Shown here piece after piece: positions 16,721 to 20,818 of a stretch of DNA of 20,818 nt (position 1 is its first letter; each line of letters begins with the position of its first letter). Below the pieces are notes generated by a model that did not search any database, was not told the origin of the DNA, and saw only the letters and a list, made by a program, of their open reading frames with translations. The stretch comes from Cyanophyceae cyanobacterium (GTDB lineage: Bacteria > Cyanobacteriota > Cyanobacteriia > Cyanobacteriales > JBHJGN01), in the NCBI GenBank assembly GCA_050331735.1, contig JBHJGN010000062.1, positions 1 to 20,818 of the forward strand, written 5' to 3'. Both the position numbers and the translations under genes were made by a program.

Positions 16721-17962
16721 CTAGTCCAACTGCTTAAACAGAGCGGCCAAAACTGTGTTAGACAATAAAAAGCCTTCAGGATCGCTCAATCTCACTCGTT
16801 CAGCAATAGGAGTATGTGTTTCCTTAAGGCTGCTAGGTTGCTCGACGGCTTCTACTAATCCCTGATGGAGAAAAGGCTGCAAGCAGGTCCAAATCTGCTC
16901 GACTGTTTTTTGACCAAATTGCTGTTCAATGCGGGATAAACTAATGCCATCGGCTAAACGCAGCCCAAGCATCAAGGTTTCCAGGAGTTCATCGGTATCG
17001 GAATCGTCCTCAGCTCTGCTTCCGTTTGAGGCAAGCTGCTGAACCCAGACGTAGTATTCTCGACGAGTGCGAGGACGACTCATTCTTTGCTGATTAACGT
17101 AGCTAGTCGCCCCCATGCCAAATCCATAGTAGGGTTTATTTTCCCAGTAAACGCGATTGTGGCGACACTGATATCCGGGTTGAGCATAGTTAGAAATTTC
17201 GTAATGCTCGTAGCCAGCCTCAACTAGCATTTGCTGGGCTAGTCGGTACATCTGAGCCGTCAGATCGTCTTCTGGTAACAAAAGATTTCCGGCCTGATAC
17301 CGCCGCCCAAAGGCGGTGGTGGGTTCGAGCACCAGATCGTAACAGGAAATGTGCTGAGGCGCAATGGCGATCGCCGTTGTCAAAGAATGTTGCCACTGCG
17401 CCAAAGTTTGCTGCGGTAAACCGGAAATTAGGTCTAAACTGAAGTTAGGTATTTCTACCTGATGAATTAAATCAATGGCGGTGAAAATATCGCGCTGAGA
17501 GTGCGATCGCCCGCAGGCGGCGAGGAGTTCATCTTGAAAAGCCTGTATTCCCAGGCTAATCCGGTTGATTCCTGCTGCTTTATATTCTTGAAGCTGCTGA
17601 AGAGAGAAAGTTCCTGGGTCCATCTCTATGGAAATTTCTGCATCTGAGGCAATCTTCAACCGACGCTCCACCGTTACGAGGATGCGCTGAAGCTGAGAAG
17701 CGCTGAGCAACGAAGGAGTACCACCCCCAAAGAAAACAGTGGACAGTGATTCTAACGCTGGAGTGGCAGCAATCTCAGCACAAAGGGTTTGAACGTATTC
17801 TTCAACCCAAGGAGAAGTACTGGCATCAGTTTCAGCTCCCAACACAGAAATGGGAAAATCACAGTAGTAGCATCGGCGGCGGCAAAAAGGGATATGAATA
17901 TAGGCAGAACGAGGCGCGGCTCGTTTAGCAAGTGGCCGTGCTGTGCTTGAAATTCTTGTCAT
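16721..17962 (-). CDS. hemW: Radical SAM heme chaperone HemW (HemN-like)
   Basis: SAYIHIPFCRRRCYYCDF (CxxxCxxC), FFGGGTPS, HYEISNYA, CRHNRVYW, GFGMGA. Confidence 0.93.
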   Translation of the reverse strand: MTRISSTARPLAKRAAPRSAYIHIPFCRRRCYYCDFPISVLGAETDASTSPWVEEYVQTLCAEIAATPALESLSTVFFGGGTPSLLSASQLQRILVTVERRLKIASDAEISIEMDPGTFSLQQLQEYKAAGINRISLGIQAFQDELLAACGRSHSQRDIFTAIDLIHQVEIPNFSLDLISGLPQQTLAQWQHSLTTAIAIAPQHISCYDLVLEPTTAFGRRYQAGNLLLPEDDLTAQMYRLAQQMLVEAGYEHYEISNYAQPGYQCRHNRVYWENKPYYGFGMGATSYVNQQRMSRPRTRREYYVWVQQLASNGSRAEDDSDTDELLETLMLGLRLADGISLSRIEQQFGQKTVEQIWTCLQPFLHQGLVEAVEQPSSLKETHTPIAERVRLSDPEGFLLSNTVLAALFKQLD

Positions 17963-18166
17963 TCGTAAAACTTGTAGCCGAGCTGCTTTCTATTTGATAC
18001 TCGAATATAAAAAATTATTTTTGTAAGGCAAAACCGGCATTAAATGAGTTCGTTTGTAAAATTGCCAAAAAAACCTGGGTAAAGTAGCCTATCCAGAGAT
18101 AATGATACAGTTTATCTGCTTTTATTCTCCAAGCAAAATCTAGCAAATCCACATTTTTCTTTCTAG

Positions 18167-18182
18167 TGTAGCTTTAACTACA
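18167..18182. promoter_or_regulatory. Candidate NtcA-binding site
   Basis: TGTAGCTTTAACTACA matches tGTA-N8-TACa, in the divergent hemW / PIN-TRAM intergenic region. Confidence 0.45.
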
Positions 18183-18312
18183 TTTTTTTAACAAGGCTAG
18201 TTCGGATAGGTAGTAAAGACAATCGATATAATGGTAAAGATCGCCCAATCTCAACTTTCTTAGTCTATTATTTTCATTTTTTATTCCCCTTTATTCGATT
18301 CGGATTGGAACA

Positions 18313-19392
18313 ATGATTGATGCCATCATAATTATTCTATGCGTTTTGGCGGCAGCCGGAATCGGCTTCGACGGCGTCCAGCTACTGCCTAGTACCGTTA
18401 GAGAGCAAGTGTCAGATTTCGAGGCTTTACGCCTCGTCTCTGCTGGTTTTGGTGCTCTCATTGGTTTTGCCATTGGCTTGAGCGTACAAACCACCTACCG
18501 ACGATTAGAATCTCAGGTCCGCAACACCTCGATTGAAACAATTCTGACAAGAGCCATTGGGTTAGTAGTCGGTTTGTTACTCGCAAATTTGATGTTAGCT
18601 CCCATTTTCCTGCTGCCCATTCCTGGAGAGTTTGCCTTCATTAAGCCGATGATGGCAATTTTAGGCAGCGTTATGTTTGCCTTTTTAGGTGTTAGCTTGG
18701 CAGATACTCACGGTCGCACTTTCCTTCGTCTCATCAACCCTAACAGCATCGAAACGATGCTGATAGCAGAAGGAGCCATCGAGCCAGCATCGACAAAAAT
18801 TTTAGATACGAGCTGCATTATCGATGGTCGTATTGAGGAACTATTGACTACGGGGTTTTTGGAAGGACAAATTTTGATTCCTCAGTTTGTTTTACAAGAG
18901 CTACAGCTACTGGCGGATGCTAACAACGATCAAAAGCGTATGCGGGGACGCAGAGGGCTAGACATTTTGAACCGCATGCAGGAAGCATATCCAGATAGAA
19001 TTATTATTCACCCAGCAGACTACGAAGACATTTCCACGGTTGATGCTAAGCTAGTGCGCTTAGCTCAAGAAATTAACGCGCTGCTACTCACCAATGATTT
19101 TAACCTCAGCAAAGTCGCTAACTTGCAGAAGGTGACGATCCTCAGCATTAATGACTTAGCGCAGGCTGTGCGTCCAATCTATTTGCCGGGCGATCGCCTA
19201 GACCTCAAAATTCTCAAAGAAGGAAAAGAACCAGCGCAAGGAATTGGCTATCTTGAAGACGGCACGATGGTTGTGGTAGAAGAAGGCAGCAATTACGTTG
19301 GTGAGGAAGTTCAGGTTGTTGTAACCTCAGCTCTGCAAACGGTAGCGGGACGCATGATTTTTGCTAAGCCTCAAGCAGTGATGGCATCTTGA
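18313..19392 (+). CDS. PIN/TRAM domain membrane protein (YacL-like)
   Basis: N-terminal TM helices. PIN: ILDTSCIIDGRI, RGRRGLDIL, LTNDFNL. TRAM: GKEPAQGIGYLEDGTMVVVE, LQTVAGRMIFA. Confidence 0.93.
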   Translation: MIDAIIIILCVLAAAGIGFDGVQLLPSTVREQVSDFEALRLVSAGFGALIGFAIGLSVQTTYRRLESQVRNTSIETILTRAIGLVVGLLLANLMLAPIFLLPIPGEFAFIKPMMAILGSVMFAFLGVSLADTHGRTFLRLINPNSIETMLIAEGAIEPASTKILDTSCIIDGRIEELLTTGFLEGQILIPQFVLQELQLLADANNDQKRMRGRRGLDILNRMQEAYPDRIIIHPADYEDISTVDAKLVRLAQEINALLLTNDFNLSKVANLQKVTILSINDLAQAVRPIYLPGDRLDLKILKEGKEPAQGIGYLEDGTMVVVEEGSNYVGEEVQVVVTSALQTVAGRMIFAKPQAVMAS

Positions 19393-19604
19393 TAGATAAC
19401 CCTCGAATTCGCGTTGGGTCAGCACATCGAGGAAGCATCAACGGAGCTTCTCGTGCTGACCTCCGATATTACCGTCCGCCTTTGAAACCCTCTTTAGCAG
19501 GGTTATTCGATCTGTCTTTAAGCAGGTGTAATCTGCTTCAGTCATCGCTTGAATAAACGAGGAATGGCGCCTAAACGCCATTTTACAAGTATTAAGGAAA
19601 GCGA

Positions 19605-20060
19605 ATGACTTTTACCACTAACGAAACAACCCAAAAAGCCGTTGAGATGTTCAGCGGCTTTGACACAGACACAAAGCTAGCTTTGCTGTGGTATGGATAT
19701 TTAGATCTTAAAGAGCAGTTGTCTCCTGCTGATGCTGAGTCGGCTGAAGTGACAGCGAACGCCGTATTTGACAACATTAAGGCTATGTCCAAAGAGGAGC
19801 AATTACAGGCTCAACGCGATATTGTGAATCGAGCCAATACCGACATTAGTCGTGCCTATGGTTCCCTAAGTTCTAGTGCCCAAATAGATATGTGGCTGAA
19901 ATTGGCCCAAGCGATGGAAGCAGAAAGCGTTATCAACGTCCCTGACGATTACGAACTTCCTGACAACACCAACGACTTCGTTGCCATGATGAAAGAGCTG
20001 GAATTTGAGGAGCGCATTAACTTCACCCGCAGCGTTGTTGTTAATATGGGAGCTAAATAA
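19605..20060 (+). CDS. Helical carotenoid protein / orange carotenoid protein N-terminal domain
   Basis: DTKLALLWYGY, MSKEEQLQAQRD, ISRAYGSLS...W.KLAQAM, VPDDYEL, ERINFTRSVVVNMG. Confidence 0.88.
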   Translation: MTFTTNETTQKAVEMFSGFDTDTKLALLWYGYLDLKEQLSPADAESAEVTANAVFDNIKAMSKEEQLQAQRDIVNRANTDISRAYGSLSSSAQIDMWLKLAQAMEAESVINVPDDYELPDNTNDFVAMMKELEFEERINFTRSVVVNMGAK

Positions 20061-20100
20061 ACTCGTCAAGAGTAGCAAATAGCCTTTAGCTATCGACAGA

Positions 20101-20132
20101 AATAGGTGTTAGAAAGATTTCTAGCACCTATT
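20101..20132. terminator. Bidirectional intrinsic terminator
   Basis: AATAGGTGTTAGAAAGATTTCTAGCACCTATT stem-loop between convergent HCP and ndhQ. Confidence 0.75.
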
Positions 20133-20137
20133 AGTTT

Positions 20138-20272
20138 TTAGATATACGCGACGCGCAAGGCCCAAGCGATTAAAGCAGCAATACTTCCTAAAACAATAAT
20201 AGCTGAGATAGTAATGACGATTGGCTTATCGGCTCCCTCAAACTTCATAATGCCGCGATTAAGATCAGACAT
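20138..20272 (-). CDS. ndhQ: NDH-1L small subunit NdhQ (44 aa)
   Basis: MSDLNRGIMKFEGADKPIVITISAIIVLGSIAALIAWALRVAYI carries the NRGIMKFxGAD motif and one TM helix. GAGGGAG RBS. Below the ORF-track length cutoff. Confidence 0.88.
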   Translation of the reverse strand: MSDLNRGIMKFEGADKPIVITISAIIVLGSIAALIAWALRVAYI

Positions 20273-20620
20273 TTTTCTCCCTCAAATAAATGGGTGAATC
20301 TCCAGCTTATAGGATAACTGAAATAAACAGACAAAGATATAGATTTTTAGCAAGATAGACCCGAATAAAATTACATTTTCTGTCACTGAGCTAAAACTGA
20401 CGCACTATGCTATTGCTGGCTAGACGGAGCTTGAACAGAACTTATCTAAGCGGATAATAATATCAACTCTGCTTAACTAGCCGTATTCTTAAGACATGAA
20501 AGCTGTGAGTTGGATTTTTGATCCCTGTCTTCTAGTGTTTATTAAGTTAATTCATTAGAGGATATAGTGCAGTTGAATAATATCTAATCAGGCAGAAGAT
20601 TTGTGTTCTATGCACCAAAT

Positions 20621-20648
20621 AAAAACCCCCCCATAAAAGGGAGGGTAA
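20621..20648 (-). terminator. psbA intrinsic terminator
   Basis: ACCCCCCC-ATAAAA-GGGAGGGT stem, followed on the minus strand by a T run, about 30 bp after the psbA stop. Confidence 0.75.
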
Positions 20649-20680
20649 TGTTAGCTGAATAACTATTGTCTCAATAACGT

Positions 20681-20818
20681 TTAGCCATTGATAGAGGGAG
20701 CCGTCAGAGCAACCGTCTGGGCCTCAGCACTAGCCAAGTCTAAGGGGAAGTTGTGAGCATTGCGCTCGTGCATCACCTCGAAACCCAGGTTCGCCCGGTT
20801 GAGCACGTCCGCCCAGGT
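20681..20818 (-). CDS. psbA: Photosystem II D1 protein, C-terminal 45 aa (partial)
   Basis: [45 protein letters not shown]. Standard Mn-ligand region and 16-aa cleavable extension. Confidence 0.98.
   Translation of the reverse strand, partial: TWADVLNRANLGFEVMHERNAHNFPLDLASAEAQTVALTAPSING

Larger units (their letters stand above)
753..19197. repeat. Dispersed HIP1 octamers (GCGATCGC)
   Basis: Seen starting at 753, 1352, 1656, 4256, 4952, 7607, 7761, 12103, 12651, 13375, 17367, 17503, 19190. None seen in IS701, 8.6-10.6 kb or the R-M island. Confidence 0.9.

Noticed and set aside
570..20078. Many short overlapping or antisense ORFs in the ORF track (e.g. 570-875, 1160-1477, 11263-11652, 13372-13704, 14600-14953)
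   Set aside because: Shadow frames of well-supported genes with no independent motifs.
20681..20818. Atypical (rogue or far-red) D1
   Set aside because: The visible C-terminus has the standard [13 protein letters not shown] ligands and processing site. The D1 subtype cannot be refined from 45 aa.

Overview
Cyanobacterial chromosomal window (about 13 HIP1 GCGATCGC octamers, plus ndhO, ndhQ, an OCP-N/HCP gene and the 3' end of psbA). Left to right: the start of an IS630 element inserted into a decayed IS5-family transposase; a small membrane protein and DJ-1/PfpI gene divergent from a GAF-LuxR regulator; a devBCA-type ABC exporter; a decayed IS701 element with intact inverted repeats; a tnpB 3' remnant with its right-end hairpin; an unusual SepF-FGE-sulfatase (CLec fold) fusion; about 2 kb without a convincing ORF; a GH15 hydrolase; DUF389; ndhO; an AT-rich methyltransferase/Bpu10I-family endonuclease reading frame broken by one amber codon and followed by an integron attC-like site; hemW; PIN/TRAM; HCP; ndhQ (missed by the ORF track); psbA. 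The most interesting signals are: (1) up to five 50-55 bp highly structured micro-insertions, four of which cleanly interrupt conserved motifs of dead transposases, two of them homologous with compensatory base changes; (2) the SepF-CLec fusion, a possible remote DGR target; (3) the R-M unit that looks like a solitary integron cassette with its nuclease switched off. Family assignments come from motif recognition by eye, not database searches.
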